Below are positions 49,560-61,587 of a DNA stretch of 64,000 nt, one piece after another. The notes beneath the pieces are model-generated. The model was not told where the DNA came from, made no database searches, and was given only the letters and a program-made list of their open reading frames with translations. Source of the DNA: Scyliorhinus canicula (lineage: Eukaryota); NCBI RefSeq assembly GCF_902713615.1, contig NC_052162.1:47987990-48051989 (forward strand), read 5' to 3'. A program made the position numbers and the translations under genes. The stretch's first letter is position 1; the number at the start of each line of letters is the position of its first letter.

Positions 49560-50946
49560 GTAGGTAGAAACCTGGTATCACATGGGGAGGAGCGAGCATG
49601 CATTCTCACCGCAAGCAACAAGCTTCGTCATCAAACTGCAGTTAATCAAATGGAAACCGCAAGATACAGCCAAAGTGTGTGTGTGTCTTTTGATTAGAGT
49701 TTGATGTATTTTACACTGTTTTCATGCACTTGATGTCATGCGTTTTCTTCATTGTAGTAGTCCAACTAATAAGGTCAATCATGTACCAGAGAATAGCTCA
49801 TTGGACACAGAAAGGAATACAGACTTGGAAACAGTCAAAATCTCCAGAGAGACAGAGAGAGACGAAAAGCATTTCTGCATTGGTCAGTGTATTGAAGTAT
49901 GTTTTCTCTCTGGATGGAGGTAAATGATCAATCTCCAAGTCTCTTGTTGCAAATACGATTGATAAGCTGGCAAACATTCAGGTTGAGATTGAACCTTGTC
50001 TCCCCTGTTTTTTGCATGCAAAACAAGGAAAATTAAGGGTCTATTTTCAAGAAGCAATATTCTGTGGCATAAAAGGTACCTGAGGCACTTTGGGCAGGAT
50101 TTTAACACACTCAAGACCCTTAACTTAGAGTTAAATTTGGGCCCTTTGGCTCAGGCAATATGTTAATTAGGACTTAAAGTCTATTTAAGTACCTTGGCCT
50201 GAAATTGGTCAACACTGGACAGACATTGTGCAAGCTCCCAGTAGTTTTTCAGGTTCTACAATGGCCTAACCTGTGGTTCTTAAGTGAGCTGAGGAGGCTG
50301 ATGAAAACAAGGTAAGTAAACCGTTTTTTAAAATTTACTTTAATGAGGAGGAGCAGCAGGACTCCATCTGCTTCCACAGAAAAACTGTGGGGCTCTCATT
50401 ACTTACCCCCAACCCTACCCCTCTCCACACCACATTCTAGCTCTCAGAGTCACTGCTAGTGTCCAATCTTGCTTTATGCTCAATTGACCACCTCATTCAT
50501 TCATCCATTCATCCTCAGGCACTATACCCTTGCGCTTGAAGGCTACCATCAACAACTCCTTACTCAGAAAAGCTCATCCTGACGTTGCCTCCAACTACTC
50601 CATCTAAAAACTTTGCTTTCTTTCTATCCTGCTTGGTGCTCTCCCTTCATTCCCTGTTGAAATTTCTTTAGTCTGTTCATGTCTCAAGACCGTGGTGATC
50701 ACTGTATTTTAATCTTTGATGATTACAATGATGTGTTAATCTTCCTGTCCTCCTTGATCTCTTTGCTGCATTCTAAACAGTTCATCCTGCACTTCATCCT
50801 CTTGACTTCTCCCAGTGTAGGAAATATATCTCTGTCGGAGTTTCACTCGAACTCTCATTTAGTTATCCTCGCCGTATCATGATTTTCCACCCTGGGTTCG
50901 TTCACTCCTATTCTTGGTCAATATGTTAAGATTTGGTAATGATCGA

Positions 50947-51150
50947 GGGCAGCACGGTGGCACACTGCTGCCTATGGCACGAAGGATCCGGGTTCGATCC
51001 CGGCTCTGGGGTCGCTGTCCGTGTGGAGTTTGCGCATTCTCCCTGTGTCTGCGTCGAATTCACCTCCACAGCTCAAAGATGTGCGGATTAGGTGGGTTGG
51101 CCACGCTAAATTGCCCCTAAATTGAAAACAAAAAATTGGGTACTCTTTAA
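50947..51150 (+). mobile_element. HE1-type SINE, short-tail variant
   Basis: GGGCAGCACGGTGG..GGTTCGATCCC..GCTAAATTGCCC..AATTGGGTACTCT. Confidence 0.82.
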
Positions 51151-53160
51151 AAAAAGAATTTAAAAAGAGAAAAAAAAGATTTGGAAATGTTAATTGTCGA
51201 TGTGTAACTAGGATACATATTGATGATCATATTTTAAACCTGACCCACATTCTTGAGTCCTTGACCACATGAGCATTACTTTGCTGAATAACTTGTCCAA
51301 TGTTATTGTGGATACCCAGAATTTTCTCCCAACATTATGAAGATGTCCTCCATATTGTTGCCCCAACTCCAGCTTGTTTTTCAGTTATTCATGCAGGCTG
51401 ATCCTGACAGTGCAATGCCTCTTATGATTTGTCCCACATTCACTTTAGATTAGGCAAAACTCTGCCCCCTTTGTACTGTCCTACCCAAAATACCGCTTAC
51501 TTAGCAGCCCTATCTTTAACATTCAGCAGTGTTTCCCAGTTCCTTAATTCAATATTTTCCTCATTTTCCAGATCCCTTCATAGCTACTCTCTGTTCCACT
51601 TCTAAAACCAACTCCTACCATGTACCTTCTACTCTTTAGTCTCTGCTCTTTAATTAATCACGTTCATAGAAATATAGAAAATAGGTGCAAGTGGAGACCA
51701 TTCGGCCCTTCAAGCCTGCACCACCATTCAATATGATCATGGCTGATCGTGCAAATTCAGTATCCCATTCCCGCTTTCTCTCCATCCCCCTTAATCCCTT
51801 TAGCCGCAAGGGCCACATCCAGCTCTCTCTCTTGAATATATCCAACAAACTGACACCAACAGCTTTCTGTGGTCGAGAATTCCACAAGTTCACAACTCTC
51901 TGAGAAAAGACATTCTTCTTCATGTCAGTCCTGAACAGGTTGCCCCTTACTCTTAGGCTGTGACCTTAGTTCTGGACGTCCCCAACATCGTGAACATTCT
52001 TCCTGCATCTAGCCTATCCAGCGCCTTCAGGATTTAATGTTTCTATGAGATCCCTTCCCATTCTTCTAAACTCCAGTGAGCACAAGCTCATCCAAGTCGA
52101 TCCAGTGTTTCTTCATATGTCAGTGCTGCCATTTCGGGAATTAGTTTGGTGAACCTTCGCTGGACACCCTCAATAGCAAGAATGTCCTTCCTCAAACTAG
52201 GAGACCAGAACTGCACACAATACCCAAACTGTGGTCTCACCAATGCCCTGTACAGCTGCAGCAAGGCATCACTACGTCTACACTCAAATCCTCCTGCTAT
52301 GAAAGCTAGTATGCCATTAGCTTTCCTCACCGCCTGCTGTACCTGCATGCCAACTTTCAGCGACTGTTCCACCATGACACCCAGGTTTCTTTGCACTTCC
52401 CCTTTTCCTAAACTGCCACCATTCAGGTTCCTGTTTTTGCCACCAAAGTGGACAACCTCACATTTATCCACATTACATTGCATTTGCCAAGTATTTGCCC
52501 ACTCAGCCAGTCTGCCCTGTCCAAGTCACCCTGAAGCCTCTTTGCATCCTCCTCACAGCAGACACTGTCACCCAGCTTAGTGTCGTCTGCAAATTTGGAG
52601 ATATTGCATACAATTCCATCATCTAAATGATTAATGTACATTGTGAACAGCTGGGGTCCCAGCAGTAAATACTGCGGTACCCCATTAGTCACTGCATGCC
52701 ACTCTGAAAAGGACCTGTATATTCCCACTCTCTGCTTCCTGCCAGCTAGTTCTCCATCTATGTCAATACATTACCCGGAATACCATGAGCTTTAATTTTG
52801 CTCATTAATCTCTCGTATGGGACCTTGTCAAAAGCCTTTTGAAAGTCAAGAAACACAACATCCACTGATTCCCCCTTGTCCACTCTACTGGTCACATCCT
52901 CAAAAAATTCCAGAAGATTTGTCAAGCATGATTTACCTTCAGTGAATCCATGCTGACTTGTACCGATCCTGTCCCCACTTTCTAAATGCTTCATTATTTC
53001 ACCCTTAATAATTGACTCCAGCATTTTCCCCACCACCGATGACAGGCTAATAGGTCTATAATTCACCATTTTCTCTCCCTCCCTTTTTATAAAGTTGGGT
53101 TATATTAGCTACCCTCCAATCCATTGGAATGCATCCACTATTTCTAGGGTCACTTCCTTA

Positions 53161-53678
53161 GGGGCTGGTTTAGCACAGTGGGCTAAACAGCTGTAATGCA
53201 GAACAAGGCCAGCAGAGCAATTTCAATTCATGTACCAGCCTCCCCGAACAGGCGCCGGAATGTGGTGACTACATAGAACATAGAACAGTACAGCACAGAA
53301 CAGGCCCTTCGGCCCTCGATGTTGTGCCGAGCAATGATCACCCTACTCAAACCCACGTATCCACCCTATACCCGTAACCCAACAACCCCCCCTTAACCTT
53401 ACTTTTTAGGACACTACGGGCAATTTAGCATGGCCAATCCACCTAACCCGCACATCTTTGGACTGTGGGAGGAAACCGGAGCACCCGGAGGAAACCCACG
53501 CACACACGGGGAGGACGTGCAGACTCCGCACAGACAGTGACCCAGCCGGGAATCGAACCTGGGACCCTGGAGCTGTGAAGCATTTATGCTAACCACCATT
53601 CTACCGTGCTGCCCACTAGGGGCTATTCACAGTAACTTCATTGAAGCTTACTTGTGACAATAAGCGATTATTATTATT
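53161..53678 (+). mobile_element. Short tRNA-derived SINE split by an HE1 insertion
   Basis: Head at 53161-53271, tail at 53615-53678. Confidence 0.85.
53272..53614 (-). mobile_element. Young HE1-type V-SINE nested in a short SINE
   Basis: Near-consensus copy; ACTA duplicated at 53268-71 and 53615-18. Confidence 0.92.
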
Positions 53679-54876
53679 TAAGTACTCTGGGATGCAGAGC
53701 ATCAGGCCCTGGGGACTTATCAGTTTTTAATTCCATCAATTTCTTCGATAGAATTTCCTGACTAATTAGAGTTTCCTTCAGTTCCTCCTTCATGCTAGAC
53801 CCTCTGTCCCCTAGTATTTCTGGAAGGTTATTTGTGTCCTCCTTAGTAAATATAGATTCAAAGTAGTTGTTCAACTGGTCTGCCTCTCTTCATTGGCCAT
53901 TATGATTCTAACTGTAAGGGACCTACATTTGTCTTCACCAGTCTTTTTCTCTTCCCATATCTTTGGAAACTTTTGCAATCTTGTTTTCTGCAAGCTTACT
54001 CCCGTATTCTATTTTCGTCTTCCGAATTAAACCCTTTGTCCTCCTCTGCTGAATTTTATATTTCTCCCAGTCCTGAGGCTTGCTACTTTTTCTCACCAAT
54101 TTATATGCCTCCTCTTTGGCTTTAACACTGTTCCTGAGTTCCCCTGTTAACCATGGTTGAGCCACCTTCCCCATCTTACTCTTCCACCAGACAGGTATGT
54201 ACAATTATTGAAGTTCATCCTTGTGTTCTGTAAATGTCTGCCATTGCCTATCCACCTTCAACTCCTTAAGTATCCGTTGTCAGCTTATCCTAGCCAATGC
54301 ACGTCTCATACCATCAAAGTTAGCTTTCTTTAAGTTCAGGATCCTAGTCTCAGACTTAACAGTGTCACTCTCTATCTTAATGAAGAGTTCTACCATATTA
54401 TGGTCCCTGTTCCCGAAAGAATATTGCACTACAACGTTGCTAATTAATCCTCTCTCATTGCACAATACCCAGTCTAGTTGGCCCGCTCTCTAGTTGGTTC
54501 CTCGACATATTGTTGGAGAAAACCATCCCTTATACATTCCCCGAAATCCTCCCCCATCGCATTGCTATCAGTTTGATTAGTCCGATCAATATGCAGGTTG
54601 ATGTCACCCATGATAATTGCTGTATCCTAACTGCACGCATCTCTAATTTGCTGTCTGATGCTATCCCCAAGCGCTCAACTACTCTTTGGTGGTCTGAACA
54701 CAACTCCCGCTTACGGTTTTTCTCCTTTGGTGTTCCGCAGCTCCACTCATACAAATTCCACATCATCCAGGCTAATGTCCTTCCTTACTATTACGTTAAT
54801 CTCCTCTTTAACCAGTAACGCTACCACACCTCCCTTCCCTCGCCTTCTATATTTCCTGAATATTGAATACCCCTGG

Positions 54877-57800
54877 GACAAACACACTGGGAAAGGCTCA
54901 ATGCCAGCACCAGGACAGAGTAACACACTTGGAAAGCCTCAATGCCTGCACCAGGACAGGGTAACACACTGGGAAAGGCTCAATGCCAGCACCAGGACAG
55001 AGTAACACACTGGGAAAGACTCAATGCCTGCACAAGGACAGAGTAACACACAGAGAAAGCCTCAATGCCTGAACCAGGACAGAGTAACACACTGGGAAAG
55101 CCTCAATGCCTGAACCAGGATAGAGTAACACACTGGGAAAGCATCAATACCTGAACCAGGATAGAGTAACACACTGGGAAAGCATCAATACCTGAACCAG
55201 GATAGAGTAACACACTGGGAAAGGTTTCATGCCTGCGCCAGGACAGAGCAACACACTGGGAAAGCATCAATGCCTGCACCAGGACAGAGTAACACACTGG
55301 GAAAGGCTCAATACCTGCACCAGGACAGAGTAACACACTGGGAAAAGCTTAATGCCTGCACCAGGACAGAGTAACACACTGGGAAAGCATCAATACCTGA
55401 ACCAGGATAGAGTAACACACTGGGAAAGGCTTAATGCCTGCACCAGGACAGAGTAACACACTGGGAAAGCATCAATGCCTGCACCAGGACAGAGTAACAC
55501 ACTGGGAAAGCATCAATGCCTGCACCAGGACAGAGTAACACACAGGGAAAGGCTCAATGCCTGCACCAGGACAGAGTAACACACTGGGTAAGGCTTAATG
55601 CCTGAACCAGGACAGAGTAACACACAGGGAAAGGCTTAATGCCTGCACCAGGACAGAGTAACACACTGGGTAAGGCTCAATGCCTGCACCAGGACAGAGT
55701 AACACACTGGGTAAGCCTCAATGCCTGCACCAGGACAGAGTAACACACTGGGAAAGCATCAATGCCTGCACCAGGACAGAGTAACACACTGGGAAAGGCT
55801 CAATGCCTGTACCAGGACAGAGTAACACTCTGGGAAAGCCTCAATGCCTGAACCAGGACAGAGTAACATACTGGGAAAGGCTCAATGCCTGTACCAGGAC
55901 AGAGTAACATACTGGGAAAGGCTCAATGCCTGCACCAGGACAGAGTAACACACTGGGAAAGCATCAATGCCTGAACCAGGACAGAGTAACACACAGGGAA
56001 AGGCTTAATGCCTGCACCAGGACAGAGTAACACACTGGGAAAGGCTCAATGCCTGCACCAGGACAGAGTAACACACTGGGAAAGGCTCAATGCCTGCACC
56101 AGGACAGAGTAACACACTGGGAAAGCATCAATGCCTGAACAAGGACAGATTGACACACTGGGAAAGGCTCAATGCCTGCACCAGGACAGAGTAACACACT
56201 GAGAAAATCTTAATGCCTGCACCAGGACAGAGTAACACACTGGGTAAGCCTCAATGCCTGCACCAGGACAGAGTAACACTGGGAAAAGCTTAATGCCTGC
56301 ACCAGGACAGAGTAACACACTGGGTAAGCCTCAATGCCTGCACCAGGACAGAGTAACACACTGGGAAAGGCTCAATGCCTGTACCAGGACAGAGTAACAC
56401 TCTGGGAAAGCCTCAATGCCTGAACCAGGACAGAGTAACATACTGGGAAAGGCTCAATGCCTGTACCAGGCCAGAGTAACATACTGGGAAAGGCTCAATG
56501 CCTGCACCAGGACAGAGTAACACACTGGGAAAGCATCAATGCCTGAACCAGGACAGAGTAACACACAGGGAAAGGCTTAATGCCTGCACCAGGACAGAGT
56601 AACATACTGGGAAAGGCTCAATGCCTGCACCAGGACAGAGTAACACACAGGGAAAGGCTTAATGCCTGCACCAGGACAGAGTAACACACTGGGAAAGGCT
56701 CAATGCCTGCACCAGGACAGAGTAACACACAGGGAAAGGCTTAATGCCTGCACCAGGACAGAGTAACACACTGGGAAAGGCTCAATGCCTGCACCAGGAC
56801 AGAGTAACACACTGGGAAAGCATCAATGCCTGAACCTGGACAGATTGACACACTGGGAAAGGCTCAATGCCTGCACCAGGACAGAGTAACACACTGAGAA
56901 AATCTTAATGCCTGCACCAGGACAGAGTAACACACTGGGTAAGCCTCAATGCCTGCACCAGGACAGAGTAACACTGGGAAAAGCTTAATGCCTGCACCAG
57001 GACAGAGTAACACACTGGGTAAGCCTCAATGCCTGCACCAGGACAGAGTAACACACTGGGAAAGCATCAATGCCTGAACCAGGATAGAGTAACACACAGG
57101 GAAAGGCTCAATGCCTGCACCAGGACAGAGTAACACACTGAGAAAGGCTCAATGCCTGCACCAGGACAGAGTAACATACTGGGAAAGGCTCAATGCCTGC
57201 ACCAGGACAGAGTAACACACTGGGAAAGCATCAATGCCTGCACCAGGACAGAGTAACACACTGGGAAAGGCTCAATGCCTGTACCAGGACAGAGTAACAC
57301 TCTGGGAAAGCCTCAATGCCTGAACCAGGACAGAGTAACATACTGGGAAAGGCTCAATGCCTGTACCAGGACAGAGTAACATACTGGGAAAGGCTCAATG
57401 CCTGCACCAGGACAGAGTAACACACTGGGAAAGCATCAATGCCTGAACCAGGACAGAGTAACACACAGGGAAAGGCTTAATGCCTGCACCAGGACAGAGT
57501 AACACACTGGGAAAGGCTCAATGCCTGCACCAGGACAGAGTAACACACTGGGAAAGGCTCAATGCCTGCACCAGGACAGAGTAACACACTGGGAAAGCAT
57601 CAATGCCTGAACCAGGACAGATTGACACACTGGGAAAGGCTCAATGCCTGCACCAGGACAGAGTAACACACTGAGAAAATCTTAATGCCTGCACCAGGAC
57701 AGAGTAACACACTGGGTAAGCCTCAATGCCTGCACCAGGACAGAGTAACACTGGAAAAGCTTAATGCCTGCACCAGGACAGAGTAACACACTGGGTAAGC

Positions 57801-58808
57801 CTCAATGCCTGCACCAGGACAGAGTAACACACTGGGAAAGGCTCAATGCCTGTACCAGGACAGAGTAACACTCTGGGAAAGCCTCAATGCCTGAACCAGG
57901 ACAGAGTAACATACTAGGAAAGGCTCAATGCCTGTACCAGGACAGAGTAACATACTGGGAAAGGCTCAATGCCTGCACCAGGACAGAGTAACACACTGGG
58001 AAAGCATCAATGCCTGAACCAGGACAGAGTAACACACAGGAAAAGGCTTAATGCCTGCACCAGGACAGAGTAACATACTGGGAAAGGCTCAATGCCTGCA
58101 CCAGGACAGAGTAACACACTGGGAAAGCATCAATGCCTGAACCAGGACAGAGTAACACACTGGGAAAGCATCAATGCCTGAACCAGGACAGATTGACACA
58201 CTGGGAAAGGCTCAATGCCTGCACCAGGACAGAGTAACACACTGAGAAAATCTTAATGCCTGCACCAGGACAGAGTAACACACTGGGTAAGCCTCAATGC
58301 CTGCACCAGGACAGAGTAACACTGGGAAAAGCTCAATGCCTGCACCAGGACAGAGTAACACACTGGGTAAGCCTCAATGCCTGCACCAGGACAGAGTAAC
58401 ACACTGGGAAAGCATCAATGCCTGAACCAGGATAGAGTAACACACAGGGAAAGGCTCAATGCCTGCACCAGGACAGAGTAACACACTGAGAAAGGCTCAA
58501 TGCCTGCACCAGGACAGAGTAACATACTGGGAAAGGCTCAATGCCTGCACCAGGACAGAGTAACACTGGGAAAGCCTCAATGCCTGCACCAGGACAGAGT
58601 AACACTGGGAAAGCCTCAATGCCTGCACCAGGACAGAGTAACACACTGGGAAAGGCTCAATGCCTGCACCAGGACAGAGTTACACACTGGGTAAGCCTCA
58701 ATGCCTGCACCAGGACAGAGTTACACACTGGGTAAGCCTCAATGCCTGCACCAGGACAGAGTAACACACTGGGTAAGCCTCAATGCCTGCTCCAGGAAAG
58801 AGACTAAC
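54877..58808 (+). repeat. 41-bp minisatellite, roughly 95 units, with higher-order structure
   Basis: Unit ACACACTGGGAAAGGCTCAATGCCTGCACCAGGACAGAGTA repeated head to tail, with recurrent variants and no spacers. Confidence 0.97.
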
Positions 58809-61315
58809 TCGTATCCTGAGGGAAATGGATCTCACATTTGATTTTAATTGCACAACTGCTTGAAAACACAATGTAGTTGAAAGATGCGCATCCTGTCATT
58901 TATAGTATTACTGTGATGTCTAAATTGCGGGAGAAGTGTTACAAATGTTGTACAGAACTTGTGTGAGTGGGTTGATGTTTATGAAAAGAATTCTTTCTGA
59001 ATGTTTTGAACATCTGGTGTATCGTTCTCAACTAATTTCGGATGATTTTATGCGAGAAGAAAATCACTTTGAAGGATGTGAAGTTTACTGTAAACATCAG
59101 TGACAATTCGTCTGACTCTACTTTTCCAGGATGTTTTCAATTAATCCGACAGATTTGTTGTATCTGTTGTTGAAATCTGCTGTTGCTGAGTACTGAGCAG
59201 TTAAAGGCATGAGGGTGGGGCATCTTGTCAGCGTTCCAGTGTAGGTGCTGAGTTGCCAATTTGTGTCAGCAGTTTGCTTGCATAATGAAATTTTCACCTT
59301 GGTTGTGCTGCTAAGGTGAAATGATTAACAGCAGGGAGGCCTTGTTGCAGGAAAAGAGAATGTATAACCTCGAGGATTGCTGGAAAGAGCAGTCTCCACT
59401 GGCTGGGTAATATTAGGGTGGGCTGGTACTGTGGATAGACCTTAATGAGCATTGATGAGTGTGGGTTGGGACCTTAAAAAGGAGGACACAGCTATGTGAT
59501 AATTTAGTTCTGGAACTATTTGAGATTGGTATTCTTCCCTGAGATCTGCATTGCCTTTTACAGGCAGGCATATTTAGTGAGGTAGTAGTACAATGCTCTT
59601 AGGACCTCCTCACTGGATATTTCCCTCCTGCTCAGCACTGAAGACGATGATGAAGCATTATTTTCTGTAAAATGGAGTATAAGTAAGGCTCTGTCAATGG
59701 AGCAATGCACAAGGTCAAAGAGAAAAAATCCCTTTAATGGTAATTAGCTAATTAAATTGACCTCTTGTATTCTCCCAGTCTTTGGATTGTGGAAAATAAC
59801 TGTTATAATGTATAACTAAGACTATAAACTTAAAATTGGGCTTTTTAAAAGTGGAAAAGAAAAATACTACCTAAAATTTCACTGGATCATAGATTTTTAA
59901 CTTGTATGAGCTCAGTCACAAGTAATAATATACGTAACTTGTGGAATCTTGTGCTCTCTCCCATGGAACTGTTGGTGCAGGGTGGTGGGTCAGGATCCTG
60001 TCACCTTCTTGCCTCCACCCTTCTACATCCATGGCAGGATGACTTATTGACGGCCTTTTCACCCTGTCACCAGTTGAAGCCAGTAAGTGGTCAAATAATG
60101 GCCACTTAATGGCCTCATCTTGCTACGTCTGGTATTAACTTACTGACAGGTGGGGGGCTCACCATGGCATCTTTGTTTGTGAGCTTCGCCGGGGTTTGAG
60201 GTTGCTCTTTGAAAGGCTTCAGTGCTTGAGTGAGGAAAATTGGTATTGGGAAGGGGGTGGCTGCAGGGAGCCACTCCCATCCTGCGTCTCCCTTCTCACC
60301 ATCACTCAGCTGTACCTGGCTTCTTCCTCAATCCAAGCATGTGGAGGAGTGTAGTCCCAGCAGCAGCCAACACCTCCTCATTGGCACAGCTGAGTACACA
60401 AGAGCTGCTGGCCTCAAATTGGCCAACAGCCCTTAGTGAGTGGGACTTCTGTCCCCTGACATCCCTGATATGGCAAAAGACCTGCTGCTGACTTGCTAAG
60501 TGCTTAAGTGGCATAAGGTGTGGCAGGCCTTCCCCAAAAGAGGCAATGTGCGAATCTTGCTGGCTCTCCCGCTGATGGTCAAGACCCCTGGTGCCTCCAC
60601 ATGATTCTGCCCAATGTTTCTATAGCTTCCTTAGTAAGGCTGAGTTATGAAATCTGGAGCTCCTGGGCAGTGTTCCAACGCTATAGTCTGACTGCTATCA
60701 TGCTGCTCGAGGATTTAAATCACTTTGATTTCATCTAATTATCCAAATCACCTGGAGAGTAACTGCAGCTGGAATAGTCTCTCTGAGTTACATGCTCCTT
60801 GATACCTTAAGGATGAATCTGCTTAGAGAGTGCTGTGTTCTAAAGCTACTTCCATGCTGTAAATCTACATCCATTGGCATGTGCACAGTTCTCTCACTGT
60901 TAACTGTACTTAGAAATATAAACTGCTTGACTAACTTTGTTTGGATGGTAATGAGTCCCATATGTCTTACTAACTGCCATTGGCTTCCATAGTCTCACCT
61001 CTGTCTGATGTCTGACAGAACTGTAGCAGGTGCAAATGTAAACAAGGAGAGGAGGATTAAGCGTACAGAAATTATGCTGCTGCCTTGAGACCAATGCACA
61101 GAATATGAAAGAGATTTGCATGTTGCAGATGAAAATTCTTGTTCAGTTCGACCTTGTCCTCAGGTTTTGAACGTAGGACTGCAAAATGACAACCCTTCTA
61201 TCCTGTTGTACTGACTCAATTATTGCAGAGATTGACTGAACAGAAGCATTAATAATGGAGTGTTTAATATTAAAAATTTAAATTAAAATTTTTAAATTTT
61301 CAATTGTAATAACAT

Positions 61316-61510
61316 GGGTGGCATGGTAGCACAGCGGTTAGCACTGCTGCTTCACAGCGTCAGGGCCCCAGGTTCCATTCCCGGCTTGGGTCACTGTCTG
61401 TGCGGAGTCTGCACGTTCTTCCTGTCTCTGCGTGGGTTTCCTCCGGGTGCTCTGGTTTCCTCCCACAAGACCCGAAAGACATGCTAGGTGATTTGGACAT
61501 TTGGACATTA
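61316..61510 (+). mobile_element. HE1-type SINE with alternative tail
   Basis: Head and core, then ..CCCGAAAGACATGCTAGGTGATTTGGACATT, matching 47098-47133. Confidence 0.8.
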
Positions 61511-61587
61511 GAGACTGAAAAAATCTCATCCAATTGGAGGCCTAGACTGAAAGCAACTAACTGGAAGAGGTCCATCTTCAACCATAA

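Larger units (their letters stand above)
51664..54876 (-). mobile_element. CR1 LINE (endonuclease to RT to 3' tail), decayed, with nested SINEs
   Basis: NYRPISLSSVVGK, DFQKAFDKVP, KFADDTKLG, KSPGPDALHPRVLK, GNRDHNMVE motifs. Confidence 0.9.

Noticed and set aside
54877-58808. CRISPR array
   Set aside because: Head-to-tail monomers with no unique spacers, no cas genes, and a eukaryotic context.
59630-59660. NLGN3 A2 exon (acidic EDDDE-coding stretch)
   Set aside because: No GSGAKKQ-like sequence and no suitable donor; a chance match.
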